Shown: in pieces, positions 45,298 through 54,148 of the stretch
Numbering within the stretch: position 1 is the first letter of the stretch
Layout of the letters: every line of letters begins with the position of its first letter
Origin: Burkholderiales bacterium
GTDB lineage: Bacteria; Pseudomonadota; Gammaproteobacteria; Burkholderiales; SG8-39
DNA: 64,000 nucleotides
Direction of reading: 5' to 3'
NCBI GenBank assembly: GCA_036379875.1
Contig: DASVFV010000098.1
Span: 19,828 to 83,827, forward strand
The notes under the pieces: generated by a model
Databases searched by the model: none
Told to the model about the DNA's origin: nothing
The model's input: only the letters and a program-made list of their open reading frames with translations
Translations under genes and position numbers: made by a program

Positions 45298-46569
45298 GTG
45301 CCGCGCGCGCTCGCCCCGGAAGTCAAGCTTCGCGAAGTGTGGGCGTGGTCGATGTACGACTTCGCCAACTCCGCCTACACCACGGTCGTCATTACCGCGG
45401 TGTTCAGCGCCTATTTTGTTTCCGTCGTCTCGAATAACGCGCCCTGGGCCACTTTCGCCTGGACGGCCGCGCTGTCCGTGTCGTACGCGGCAATCCTGCT
45501 CACCGGCCCGCTGATCGGCGCGTGGGCGGATGCGCATGCCGCCAAAAAGGTTTTGTTGTTAATGACAACCTTGGGTTGTGTGCTGTTCACGGTATTGCTC
45601 TACTTCGCGCAGCCCGGCGCGGTCGCCATCGCGCTCGCCTTCCTCATCCTTTCGAACTATTTCTTCGGCGCCGGCGAGAACCTGATCGCTGCGTTCCTCC
45701 CCGAGCTCGCCGATTCGCGCGCCATGGGCCGCGTGTCCGGCTGGGGCTGGAGCTTCGGCTACCTGGGGGGGCTCGCGGCGCTCGGCATCTGCCTCGCGTA
45801 CATCCTCGGCCAGGCCGGACGGCCGGCGAGCGAGACGGTGCCGGTCACCATGCTGATCACCGCAAGCTTCTTCGCCGTCGCCGCGATCCCCACCTTTCTC
45901 TGGCTCAAGGAGCGCGCGCTGCCGCAGCCCCGCATGGAGAACCCCTGGGCGCGCGTGCGCCAGACGCTGCGCGAGGCGCAGAAGTACCAGGACCTGCGCC
46001 GCTTCCTGATCTGCATCCTGTTCTACCAGGCGGGCATTACCGCGGTGGTCTCGCTCGCCGCAATCTACGCCGAGCAGGCGATGAAGTTCACCACCCAGCA
46101 GACCATCACGCTGATCCTGGTGGTGAACATCACCGCGGCGATCGGCGCGTTCGGCTTCGGTTACCTGCAGGACGCGGTCGGCCACGTGCGCGCGGTGGCG
46201 ATCACGCTGGTCGGCTGGATCGTGATGGTCGTGGTGGCGGGCCTTTCCACGACCCATTTTTCCTTCTGGCTCGCCGCCAACCTCGCCGGGCTGTGCATGG
46301 GCTCGGCGCAGGCCGCCGGGCGCGCGGTGGTGGGCTACCTCGCGCCGCCCGCGCGGCTCGCCGAGTTCTTCGGCCTTTGGGGCCTGGCGGTAAAGGCGGC
46401 GTCCATCTTCGGCCCGCTCACCTACGGCGCGGTAACGCTCGCCTTCCCCGGCAACCACCGGCTCGGCATCTTCGTCACCGGCATCTACTTCGTGATCGGG
46501 CTCCTGCTGCTGCGCAAGATCGACGTCGAGCGCGGCCGCGCCGCGGCGCTAGAACACCAGCATTCCTAG
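45298..46569 (+). CDS. MFS transporter (UMF1/Atg22-like family)
   Basis: GTG start, N-terminus [15 protein letters not shown] typical of the family, and 12 predicted helices. Confidence 0.85.
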   Translation: MPRALAPEVKLREVWAWSMYDFANSAYTTVVITAVFSAYFVSVVSNNAPWATFAWTAALSVSYAAILLTGPLIGAWADAHAAKKVLLLMTTLGCVLFTVLLYFAQPGAVAIALAFLILSNYFFGAGENLIAAFLPELADSRAMGRVSGWGWSFGYLGGLAALGICLAYILGQAGRPASETVPVTMLITASFFAVAAIPTFLWLKERALPQPRMENPWARVRQTLREAQKYQDLRRFLICILFYQAGITAVVSLAAIYAEQAMKFTTQQTITLILVVNITAAIGAFGFGYLQDAVGHVRAVAITLVGWIVMVVVAGLSTTHFSFWLAANLAGLCMGSAQAAGRAVVGYLAPPARLAEFFGLWGLAVKAASIFGPLTYGAVTLAFPGNHRLGIFVTGIYFVIGLLLLRKIDVERGRAAALEHQHS

Positions 46570-46722
46570 CATCACGCCGAACACCAGCACGATCAGGAAA
46601 ATCGCCAGCGCGATGAAGAACAGCACCTTGGCGATGGTGCGGGTGGTCGATGCCACCCCCGTGAAGCCGAAATACCCGGCGATCACCGAGATGACGAAGA
46701 AGATGATCGCCCACTTGAGCAT
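46549..46722 (-). CDS. DUF1328 (UPF0391/YtjA-like) small membrane protein, 57 aa; not in the supplied ORF track
   Basis: My translation is [57 protein letters not shown]. The start abuts the upstream gene's stop. Confidence 0.7.
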   Translation of the reverse strand: MLKWAIIFFVISVIAGYFGFTGVASTTRTIAKVLFFIALAIFLIVLVFGVMLGMLVF

Positions 46723-46992
46723 TTAGCGCTGCGACTGCGACAGGTCGATGTCGACCGCGGACGCGGGGGGACGCGGGCTCAGCCGGCGCTCCACCATGCC
46801 GCGCGCGTCCGCGGCCATGCCCTGCGCGCGGTTGCGCAGGTCCTGCGCCGTGCCCTCGGCGTAAGTGGTGAGTTCCTTCTGGTAACGCGTGAGCTTGTCT
46901 CGCGCCAGCGCGCGGCGCCGGCGCCCGTTTTCCGGGTCGAAGAAGTACATCGCCGCGGCACCGATTCCCAGCGCTCCGAGCAATCGCAACAT
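46723..46992 (-). CDS. YtxH-like small stress protein
   Basis: Start corrected to MLRLLGALGIGAAAMYFFDPENGRRRR (ATG at 46992). It has one N-terminal helix and a charged tail. Confidence 0.5.
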   Translation of the reverse strand: MLRLLGALGIGAAAMYFFDPENGRRRRALARDKLTRYQKELTTYAEGTAQDLRNRAQGMAADARGMVERRLSPRPPASAVDIDLSQSQR

Positions 46993-47065
46993 GACAGGCC
47001 TCCGATGATTGGATGAGCAGCCCGAAGCAAGGCGCGGGCCTGAAGCTTGCAGCACGGGTCTCGCC

Positions 47066-48460
47066 ATGAAACGACTCGCCTTCGCCATCCTTCTGACCGC
47101 CTTCGCCACGCTCGCGCCCGCGCAGGCCCCCAAGTCCGCCGCCGGCGGCCGCACTGCCAACCTCCCGGACTTCACCGCCCTCATGAAGCAGCAGGGGCCG
47201 GCGGTGGTCAACGTGATCACCAAGCGCGCGGAGGCGAAGGGCACGAAGCCCCAGGCGCAGGCCGATGATCCGCTGCAGGAGTTCTTCCGCCGCTTCATGC
47301 CCGATTCGCCCGACCGCGAGCGCGGCCCGGGCGGCGTCGGGCTCGGCTCGGGCTTCATCATCAGCCAGGACGGCTACGTGCTCACCAACGCGCACGTGGT
47401 CGGCGGCGACGAGGTCACCGTGCGGCTCGCCGACGCGAAGCGCGAGTTCAAGGCGAAGGTGATCGGCGCCGACGAGCGCACCGACATCGCGCTGCTCAAG
47501 ATCGAGGCCACCGGGCTGCCGACCGTCAAGCTCGGCAAGTCGGCGTCGCTGCAGCCCGGCGAATGGGTGGCGGCGATCGGCTCGCCGTTCGGCTTCGAGA
47601 ACACCATCACCGCCGGCATCGTGAGCGCGACCGGGCGCTCGCTGCCGGCCGAGACCTACGTGCCGTTCATCCAGACCGACGTGGCGGTGAACCCGGGCAA
47701 TTCGGGCGGCCCGCTCATCAACCTCGCGGGCGAGGTGGTGGGCGTGAACTCGATGATCTACAGCCAGACCGGCGGCTACATGGGCGTGTCGTTCGCGATT
47801 CCGATCGAGGTGGCGCTCGAGGTGAGCAAGCAGCTGCGCGCCGAGGGCAAGGTGACGCGCGGGCGCCTCGGCGTGCGCATCCAGCCGATCACCAAGGAGC
47901 TCGCGCAGTCCTTCAAGCTCAAGGAAGCGAGCGGCGCGCTGATCGCGAGCGTCGAGCCGGGCAGCCCGGCCGACCAGGCCGGCCTCAAGCCCGGCGACGT
48001 GGTGCTCGCGTTCAACGGGCAGGAGATCGACGACCCGAACAAGCTGCCGCGCCTGGTCGCGGCGACCAAGCCCGGCCAGAGCGCCACGCTGCGCATCTGG
48101 AGGAACGGCAAGGCCGAGGAGGTGAAGTTCACCGCCGCGGAGCTGGTCGCTGAGTCGAAGGCGGCCAAGCCGGAGCCCGAGAAGGCGACCCAGCCCAACC
48201 GGCTCGGCCTCGTGGTGAGCGAGCTGCCGCCCGCGCAGCGCAAGCAACTGGGCATCGAGTACGGGCTGCTGGTCGAGCGCGCCGACGCGTCGAAGACGCC
48301 GCTGCGCCCCGGCGATGTGATCGTGGGCGTGGGGCGCGAGCGCTTCTCGAGCCTCGAGGACTTCAACCGCCTGATCGAAGAGCAGAAGCAGGGCGACACC
48401 GTCGCCCTCCTCGTCAAGCGAGGAGAAGCGACGGTCTACGTCCCGGTCGAAGTGGGTTAA
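47066..48460 (+). CDS. Do/DegP/DegQ family periplasmic serine endoprotease with two PDZ domains
   Basis: Start corrected to MKRLAFAILL (ATG at 47066). It has a signal peptide, the triad context TNAHVV / DIALLK / GNSGGPL, and two PDZ-like regions. Confidence 0.9.
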   Translation: MKRLAFAILLTAFATLAPAQAPKSAAGGRTANLPDFTALMKQQGPAVVNVITKRAEAKGTKPQAQADDPLQEFFRRFMPDSPDRERGPGGVGLGSGFIISQDGYVLTNAHVVGGDEVTVRLADAKREFKAKVIGADERTDIALLKIEATGLPTVKLGKSASLQPGEWVAAIGSPFGFENTITAGIVSATGRSLPAETYVPFIQTDVAVNPGNSGGPLINLAGEVVGVNSMIYSQTGGYMGVSFAIPIEVALEVSKQLRAEGKVTRGRLGVRIQPITKELAQSFKLKEASGALIASVEPGSPADQAGLKPGDVVLAFNGQEIDDPNKLPRLVAATKPGQSATLRIWRNGKAEEVKFTAAELVAESKAAKPEPEKATQPNRLGLVVSELPPAQRKQLGIEYGLLVERADASKTPLRPGDVIVGVGRERFSSLEDFNRLIEEQKQGDTVALLVKRGEATVYVPVEVG

Positions 48461-49140
48461 GACGGGCTCAGGACGATCTCGACCCGGCGGTTGAGGCTGC
48501 GGCCGCCTTCGGTCTCGTTGGAAGCCACCGGGAACGACGCGCCGTAGCCGCGCGCGTCGATGCGGCTCGGCTCGATGCCTTTCTGCACCAGCGCGAATTT
48601 CACCGCCTGCGCGCGCCGCTCCGAGAGGCGCTCGTTCGCGGACGCCGGTCCCTCGCTGTCGGTGAAGCCCTCGATCGCCACGCTGTGCTCCGGGTGCTTG
48701 CGCAGGAACTGCGCGAGGCGCTCGAGCGTAGCGCCGGCCGAAGGGGCGAGCGTGATGCCCTGCTCGAACATCCGATCGTTGTTGAGCGTCAGCACCCAGC
48801 CGCGCTGGGTCTCGCGCGCGCGAATGTCGGCGCTCTCGAGGCCCTTCACTTCGGCGGCCAGCTCGCTCGCCGCGAGCGCCTGCCGGGCCCGCTCGGCGAG
48901 ATAGGCGTTGTGCTCCACGAGCTCGGAGTACCTGCCCTCGGCGGCAATGCGCTCGGCGTCGTTCAGCGCGTTCGCCGCACCCTGCAGCTCGGGCTGCGCG
49001 TAGCGCTGCACCGCGGGATCGGCGGCCGCGCTGCGGTAGGTGGCGCGCGCGGCGTCTAGGCGCTCCTGGGCGGGCTGGGAAATGGCGCAGCCGCCGGCCA
49101 GCACGGCTGCGAGCAAGGTCAACTGGTACGGGGTTTTCAT
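48457..49140 (-). CDS. OmpA-family lipoprotein with an N-terminal DUF4398-like helical domain
   Basis: Start corrected to MKTPYQLTLLAAVLAGGC (lipobox, ATG at 49140). The C-terminal OmpA_C block is FTDSEGPASANERLSERRA…NRRVEI. Confidence 0.85.
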   Translation of the reverse strand: MKTPYQLTLLAAVLAGGCAISQPAQERLDAARATYRSAAADPAVQRYAQPELQGAANALNDAERIAAEGRYSELVEHNAYLAERARQALAASELAAEVKGLESADIRARETQRGWVLTLNNDRMFEQGITLAPSAGATLERLAQFLRKHPEHSVAIEGFTDSEGPASANERLSERRAQAVKFALVQKGIEPSRIDARGYGASFPVASNETEGGRSLNRRVEIVLSPS

Positions 49141-49451
49141 CGGCGGCTCCTTTCTTCCTGCAGCTCGCGCTGCGCGCGAGTGTTCTCGGCGGCGCTCCAG
49201 GCCAGCTTGGCGTCTGCCTCGGCCTCCAGCGCCAGCATGCGCGCGTGCTCGTAATGCCCGCGCTGGAAGGCAGCCTCGGCGCGCTCGAGGGTGCCCTGCG
49301 CGGTGGCGAGCTGCGCCGGCGCGTCGGCCTGCGCCACCGGGCGCGCCTGCGCCACCATGGCGCGCGCCGCGGCCATCTCGGATTCGGGTGGATCGGTGGT
49401 GGCGCACGCAGCCAGCGCCGCGAGCGCGGAAAGAAATACGACACGTTTCAC
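49137..49451 (-). CDS. DUF4398-like lipoprotein
   Basis: Probable GTG start at 49451 (VKRVVFLSALAALAAC lipobox) and an Ala-rich helical body. Its stop overlaps the next start. Confidence 0.6.
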   Translation of the reverse strand: MKRVVFLSALAALAACATTDPPESEMAAARAMVAQARPVAQADAPAQLATAQGTLERAEAAFQRGHYEHARMLALEAEADAKLAWSAAENTRAQRELQEERSRR

Positions 49452-49580
49452 GGTTCTTCCTTTCCTGTAGAAGTTATACGACACGGAATGTGTTACAGCG
49501 CATCGGACTGAGCCGTAAGGAGCAAGCCGCGCTCCGGCCCCCGGCCTGCCGATTGCAGGAGCAGGAGCGGACTACACGCG

Positions 49581-49982
49581 ATGCGTTACGCCGCGCTGCT
49601 TTGCATGGTTCTGCTGGCCTCGTGCTCGCCGGCCCCGGACACGCGGTTGCGGCTCGTCACCGTCGATACGGAAGCGGGCCTCAGCCTGCGCGAGCTGCCG
49701 CCGCAGGTGCTGCGCTCTATCGGCTTGTCTTACGGGCTGGCGGTGGTGAAGACCGGCGGGCTCGCCGAGCGCGCGGGGTTGAAGATCGGCGACGTGGTCT
49801 ACGGCATCAACCAGAAGCGGGTCAACAACCTCGAGGAATTCAACCGCATGCTCGCGCAGCAGGCGGGGGGACGGCTCGGATTCCTGGTGCGCCGCGGGCG
49901 CAGCGACTTCTACGTCTCCGTCGATCCGGGAAGCGGCGCGCCGAAGGGCCCGCCGCCTAGAGATACTCTTCTGCGCACTTGA
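49581..49982 (+). CDS. PDZ domain lipoprotein
   Basis: Lipobox LLASC and a PDZ-like core (GLAVVKTGGLAERAGLKIGDVVYGINQKRV). Confidence 0.7.
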   Translation: MRYAALLCMVLLASCSPAPDTRLRLVTVDTEAGLSLRELPPQVLRSIGLSYGLAVVKTGGLAERAGLKIGDVVYGINQKRVNNLEEFNRMLAQQAGGRLGFLVRRGRSDFYVSVDPGSGAPKGPPPRDTLLRT

Positions 49983-50181
49983 TGATTTCGGTGTTGGTCG
50001 GCAGCTCGAGGCAGTGGCGCGCGTCCTCGGTCCAGCGCTTGTGCTTCTTCGACGAGGCGGAAGCCTGTTTCTTGGCTTCCGGCTTCGCGGCTTCCTTGGC
50101 CGGCTCCTGAGGCGCGGGCTTGTCCTGCGCGAGCGCCGGCACGGCGAGAAGCATGGCCGCCAAAAAGATCAGTGGTTTCAT
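49957..50181 (-). CDS. Small secreted Lys-rich protein with a C-terminal Cys pair
   Basis: Signal peptide (…AVPALA/QD). 74 aa. Overlaps the 3' end of the PDZ gene by 26 nt. Confidence 0.5.
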   Translation of the reverse strand: MKPLIFLAAMLLAVPALAQDKPAPQEPAKEAAKPEAKKQASASSKKHKRWTEDARHCLELPTNTEIIKCAEEYL

Positions 50182-50262
50182 GGACCTACCCCTGTTTCAT
50201 GAAACGATACCTGAAGAATACCGCGTTTTGCCCAAAGCTGCGAACGCGGAGCTTTCGCGGCG

Positions 50263-50652
50263 CTACTGAGCGGACGAGCTCTCGCCCAAGCCCAGCCAGC
50301 GCAAGGCCGCTGCGCGCTCCTTGAAGAACTCGACGCGCACCCCGCGGTTTTGCGAAACGTCCATGAAGAAGCGCGTCTGGCCGTCCGGGGCGTAGCCGTA
50401 GAAGCAGCAGGCGATCGACATCCCGGTGAGCGTGCTGCCGATCAGCGAGCCGAGGCTGAAGGAATCCATGGTGCCCATGCTGCGCCGGCCGATCGTGCCT
50501 TCGATCAGCACGCGGCGCAGCTCCTGGCGCGCGCACACGTCGGCGATCGCCATGATGAGCTGCGTGGTGCCCTCGGGACCGATCTCGTAGTCGCGCGCGA
50601 GCTCGACCTGCAGGTAGAGAGGATGCAGCGTGACTTTGAAGTCCGTGCTCAT
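50263..50652 (-). CDS. Hypothetical protein (STAS/SpoIIAA-like by eye)
   Basis: Start corrected to MSTDFKVTLHP (ATG at 50652). 129 aa. The domain call is weak. Confidence 0.5.
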   Translation of the reverse strand: MSTDFKVTLHPLYLQVELARDYEIGPEGTTQLIMAIADVCARQELRRVLIEGTIGRRSMGTMDSFSLGSLIGSTLTGMSIACCFYGYAPDGQTRFFMDVSQNRGVRVEFFKERAAALRWLGLGESSSAQ

Positions 50653-50666
50653 CGCGCACGATGATG

Positions 50667-51350
50667 CTACGGCGCGCTGCGCACCGCCATCAGGAAATCT
50701 TGAATGCGCCGCGCGTTCGCGCCGAGGTCGCTGCGCCCGACGCGCGAGCGCGAGCGCACGTCGACGCGGCTGCCCGCGCCGGACGCGGAGATACGCACCG
50801 CTATGTCGTCCTGGAAGCCGAACCAGCGCGTGGTGGCGACCGCCTCGATGCGCCCCGCACGCTCGTCGGACGCGACGAGCTCCCACCCGGACGCGAGCGC
50901 CACCGCGCGTGCGCGCGCGAAGGCCTGCGCGGGCGGCACGCCGATGTCGAGCGCGCGCAGCTCCGGGTAGCCGATCTGCTGCAGCTCGGCGAAATGCGCC
51001 GGGTACGGCTTGGGCGGCGAGAACTGCGGCGGATTCGCCGTATCGGTGGTGATGTCGTTGATGTACGGCAGCGACTTCACGCGCCGCACGTGGTCGAGCG
51101 GCACCGCGGCGCTCGCGAGCCCGACCAGCAGGCTGAACGACAGAACCGCGCGCGCGCCGGCGCGCAGGCGCGGCACCATCAGCGCGAGCGCCGCGACGCC
51201 CGCCGCGGCGAGCCCGAAAAAGAGCGCTGCCGCGAACAGGCCGAAGCCGAAGCGAAATGGCCACAAGCCCGCGCGCACGCCGAGGCCGGAGGCGGCAAGA
51301 AGGAAAACCGCGCCGAGCGCGAGGGCAAGCGCGATGCGCCTGTGCCACAT
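50667..51350 (-). CDS. DUF1499 domain protein with N-terminal TM helices
   Basis: C-terminal block FGFQDDIAVRI…VDVRSRSRVGRSDLGANARRI is typical of DUF1499. Confidence 0.75.
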   Translation of the reverse strand: MWHRRIALALALGAVFLLAASGLGVRAGLWPFRFGFGLFAAALFFGLAAAGVAALALMVPRLRAGARAVLSFSLLVGLASAAVPLDHVRRVKSLPYINDITTDTANPPQFSPPKPYPAHFAELQQIGYPELRALDIGVPPAQAFARARAVALASGWELVASDERAGRIEAVATTRWFGFQDDIAVRISASGAGSRVDVRSRSRVGRSDLGANARRIQDFLMAVRSAP

Positions 51351-51365
51351 GCCGTGAGGCTACCG

Positions 51366-51417
51366 GAAAAGAGGTCAGGACCCTTTTTCCGAAGGAACGA
51401 AAAAGGTCCTGACCCTT
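51366..51417 (-). terminator. Intrinsic terminator (long hairpin plus U-tract)
   Basis: The minus strand reads GGGTCAGGACCTTTTTC-gttccttc-GGAAAAAGGGTCCTGACC followed by TCTTTTCC, immediately after the PRC-barrel gene stop. Confidence 0.65.
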
Positions 51418-51939
51418 TTAGAGTTGCACTTCCGGAGCGGCGAGGATGTCTTCGCGCGCGAGGCGCAGGTGCACCTTCTTCTCCGGCCAGTCGATGCGCT
51501 CGATCACCGCGGGCGAGATGATGAGCAGCTTGCCCGGCAGCCAGTCGCGCGAATCGACCAGCACGTCGGTGATCTCCCAGGTCTCGTCGTCGACCACGAG
51601 ATCCGCCACGCTGCCGACCTCGCCGTCGGTGGCCTCGATGCCGCAGCCGATCACCGCGGCGCTCGAGCGCAGGTTGGGCTGCTCGGCGGCGGGCGGGCAG
51701 CGGCTGATCTGCTCGCGCGTGAGCTCGACGCGGATGTCGCCCGCCTCGAGCGGGCGCTCGCGGTCGATGGCGATCGGCGACACCAGGTAGCGGCGCCCCG
51801 GGATCCAGCGCCGCGTGTTGACCACGAGGTAGCGCACGTCCCACCCCTCGTCGTCGAAATAGAGGTCGTCGACCGACCCGACCTCGCCGTCCTCGGCGTG
51901 GATCGCGTCGCCCTGGAGGTCCCGTACCTTGTGGAGCAT
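51418..51939 (-). CDS. PRC-barrel domain protein (two PRC repeats)
   Basis: Duplicated pattern DGEVGSV.DL..DDE.W…YLVV / DGEVGSVADLVVDDETWEITDVLV. Confidence 0.8.
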   Translation of the reverse strand: MLHKVRDLQGDAIHAEDGEVGSVDDLYFDDEGWDVRYLVVNTRRWIPGRRYLVSPIAIDRERPLEAGDIRVELTREQISRCPPAAEQPNLRSSAAVIGCGIEATDGEVGSVADLVVDDETWEITDVLVDSRDWLPGKLLIISPAVIERIDWPEKKVHLRLAREDILAAPEVQL

Positions 51940-51972
51940 CTCAATGCGGGAGCAATTCCTGCGCCCGTGTAG

Positions 51973-52194
51973 CTAGCGGTCGCGCCGCAGGGCGCGCCGG
52001 ATGGCGTTCAGCTCCCAGAGCACGAAGCCGCCCACCAGCAGCACCGCCGCCACCAGCAGGAGCACGAAGCCCTTGATCTCGTTCGCCACGCCGCGCTCGG
52101 TGAAGAACACGAACAGGCCGCCCGCGCCGAGCAGCGCGCCGATCGCGACCAGTGCCATGCCGAGGTGTCTCATGCCCGGCGCGTAAAGTATCAT
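51973..52194 (-). CDS. Small two-helix membrane protein (weak call)
   Basis: 73-aa version starting at MILYAPGM. It has two hydrophobic helices and a basic tail. Confidence 0.35.
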   Translation of the reverse strand: MILYAPGMRHLGMALVAIGALLGAGGLFVFFTERGVANEIKGFVLLLVAAVLLVGGFVLWELNAIRRALRRDR

Positions 52195-52222
52195 TTCGCT
52201 TCCCCAAAAGAGGAGACCTGCC

Positions 52223-52729
52223 ATGGCAATCAAAGTGGGCGACCGCCTGCCCGATGGAAAACTCATGGAATCGACCGAATTCGACTCCGCCACGCAGTGC
52301 GCGATGGCGCCGAAGGAAGTGAACGTGGCGGACGCCGTGAAGGGCAAGAAGATCGCGATCTTCGGCCTGCCCGGCGCGTACACGCCCACCTGCTCGGCGA
52401 AGCACGTGCCGAGCTACGTGCAGAACAACGACGCGCTGAAGAAGAAGGGCGTGAGCGAGATCTGGTGCGTGGCGACCAACGACGCCTTCGTCATGGCGCA
52501 CTGGGGCCGCGACCAGAAGGCGCTCGGCAAGATCCGCTTCCTCGGCGACGGCAGCGGCACCTGGACCAAGGCGCTCGGCCTCGACCTCGACCTCAACGCG
52601 CGCGGCATGGGCACGCGCATGCAGCGCTTCTCCATGCTGGTCGACAACGGCGTGGTGAAGCAGCTCAACGTCGAGGCGCCCGGCAAGTTCGAGGTCTCGG
52701 ACGCCGCCACCATGCTCAAGCAGCTGTGA
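52223..52729 (+). CDS. Peroxiredoxin, Prx5 (type D) subfamily
   Basis: FGLPGAYTPTCS active-site block. 168 aa. Confidence 0.9.
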   Translation: MAIKVGDRLPDGKLMESTEFDSATQCAMAPKEVNVADAVKGKKIAIFGLPGAYTPTCSAKHVPSYVQNNDALKKKGVSEIWCVATNDAFVMAHWGRDQKALGKIRFLGDGSGTWTKALGLDLDLNARGMGTRMQRFSMLVDNGVVKQLNVEAPGKFEVSDAATMLKQL

Positions 52730-52810
52730 AATAGAAAGTTACAAAGACGCGGTCGGCGCAGGCGGGGCCTCGTGCGTTTCTCGGGGCGGGAATTCCCCCA
52801 AGGAGAAAAC

Positions 52811-53194
52811 ATGAAACTGTCACTGTTGGTCGGTACCGCCCTGCTGGCGGCCAGCACCCTGGCCGGCGCGCAGGCCCCCAAGGCCGACGCGCCGAAGCCC
52901 CGGCGCTTCGACTGCTCGCAAGCCAAGGACCCCAAGGCCTGCGAGGAGCGCGTCGCCAAGGCGCGCGAAATGCACGCCAAGGCCACCCAGGCTTGCGAAG
53001 CGAGCAAGGGCAAGGCCGCCGAGCACCGCGACTGCATGCGGCGCGAGATGTGCGCACAGACCAAGGACGCGGCGCAATGCGAGGCGCGCGCCAAGGAAGC
53101 CATGGCGCGGCGCGACAAGGTGCGCGAAGCCTGCAAGGGCAAGCAGGGCGAAGAACTTCGCGCCTGCATCAAGGAGCATCGCGGTAAGAGTTAG
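52811..53194 (+). CDS. Secreted Cys-rich helical protein (8 Cys; PsiF-like internal repeats by eye)
   Basis: Start at ATG 52811 after a GGAGAA SD. It has a signal peptide (…TLAGAQA). The AC..(S)KGK…R.C pattern is repeated. Confidence 0.6.
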   Translation: MKLSLLVGTALLAASTLAGAQAPKADAPKPRRFDCSQAKDPKACEERVAKAREMHAKATQACEASKGKAAEHRDCMRREMCAQTKDAAQCEARAKEAMARRDKVREACKGKQGEELRACIKEHRGKS

Positions 53195-53231
53195 CCATCA
53201 GTTCCGCCAGGGGGCACGGGCCACGCTGCCC

Positions 53232-53876
53232 GTGCTCCTCGGCATCATCCCCTTCGGCGTCATCACCGGCGTCGCCATGGTGGCGAGCGGCATCCCGCCG
53301 CTCGTCGCCATGCTCATGTCCATCTTCGTCTTCGCCGGCGCCTCCATGGTGGCGTCGGCCCAGCTGCTCGCGAGCAGCGCGCCCGCGCTGCTCATCGTCT
53401 TCACCACGCTGGTCATCAACCTGCGCTTCATGATGTACAGCGCCTCGCTGCGCCTGCACTTCGCCGACGCGCCGCTCGGCCGCCGCCTGGCGGTCGCCTA
53501 CCTCACCGCGGACAACGTCTACGGCCTGATGCTCGCGCGCTTCTCCGAGCACCCGGACGACCCGGGCAAGTACGATTACTTCCTCGGCGCCGGCCTGGTG
53601 GTGTGGCTAGCCTGGCAGGCCGCGGTGCTCGCCGGCGTCCTGATCGGCGCCGGCGTGCCGGCGGCGTGGCGCCTGGAGTTCGCCGCGCCGCTCGCGTTCG
53701 TCGCCATGACCATTCCGCTCCTGCGCGACCGCGCGATGGTCGCGGCGGCGCTCGCCGCCGCCGTGGTGATCGCTTTTTCCTCCAGCCTGCCCCTGAAATT
53801 GAACATCCTGCTGGCCGCGGCGACGGGAATCGCCGTCGGCCTGGCCGTGGAAAGAAGAAAATGGAACTCTGGCTGA
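53232..53876 (+). CDS. azlC: AzlC family branched-chain amino acid exporter subunit; N-terminus probably longer than callable
   Basis: Polytopic membrane ORF. The family-like FRQGARATLPVLLG sequence continues in frame upstream of the first canonical start (GTG 53232). Confidence 0.75.
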   Translation: MLLGIIPFGVITGVAMVASGIPPLVAMLMSIFVFAGASMVASAQLLASSAPALLIVFTTLVINLRFMMYSASLRLHFADAPLGRRLAVAYLTADNVYGLMLARFSEHPDDPGKYDYFLGAGLVVWLAWQAAVLAGVLIGAGVPAAWRLEFAAPLAFVAMTIPLLRDRAMVAAALAAAVVIAFSSSLPLKLNILLAAATGIAVGLAVERRKWNSG

Positions 53877-54148
53877 TCCTCGCCGGCATGACGCTGGTCA
53901 CCTTCGCGCTGCGCGCGGCCTTTCTCCTCCTGCCGCCGGGCGTGGAGATGCCGGCGCTCCTGCGCCGCGCGCTGCGCTACGTGCCGGCCGCGGTTCTCAC
54001 CGCGATCTGGGCGCCCGAAGTGCTGGTGCAAAATGAACAACTGCCCGCCGGCGCTGTCGCAATAGCGGTGGCGTGGCGCTGGCGCACCACCTTCGCTACG
54101 ATAATCGCGGGGCTCCTGGCATTGCATCTCTTCGCATGGCTGATCTGA
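53861..54148 (+). CDS. azlD: AzlD family protein
   Basis: Start at ATG 53861. 95 aa with three helices. Overlaps the azlC 3' end, as is usual for azlCD. Confidence 0.7.
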   Translation: MELWLILAGMTLVTFALRAAFLLLPPGVEMPALLRRALRYVPAAVLTAIWAPEVLVQNEQLPAGAVAIAVAWRWRTTFATIIAGLLALHLFAWLI

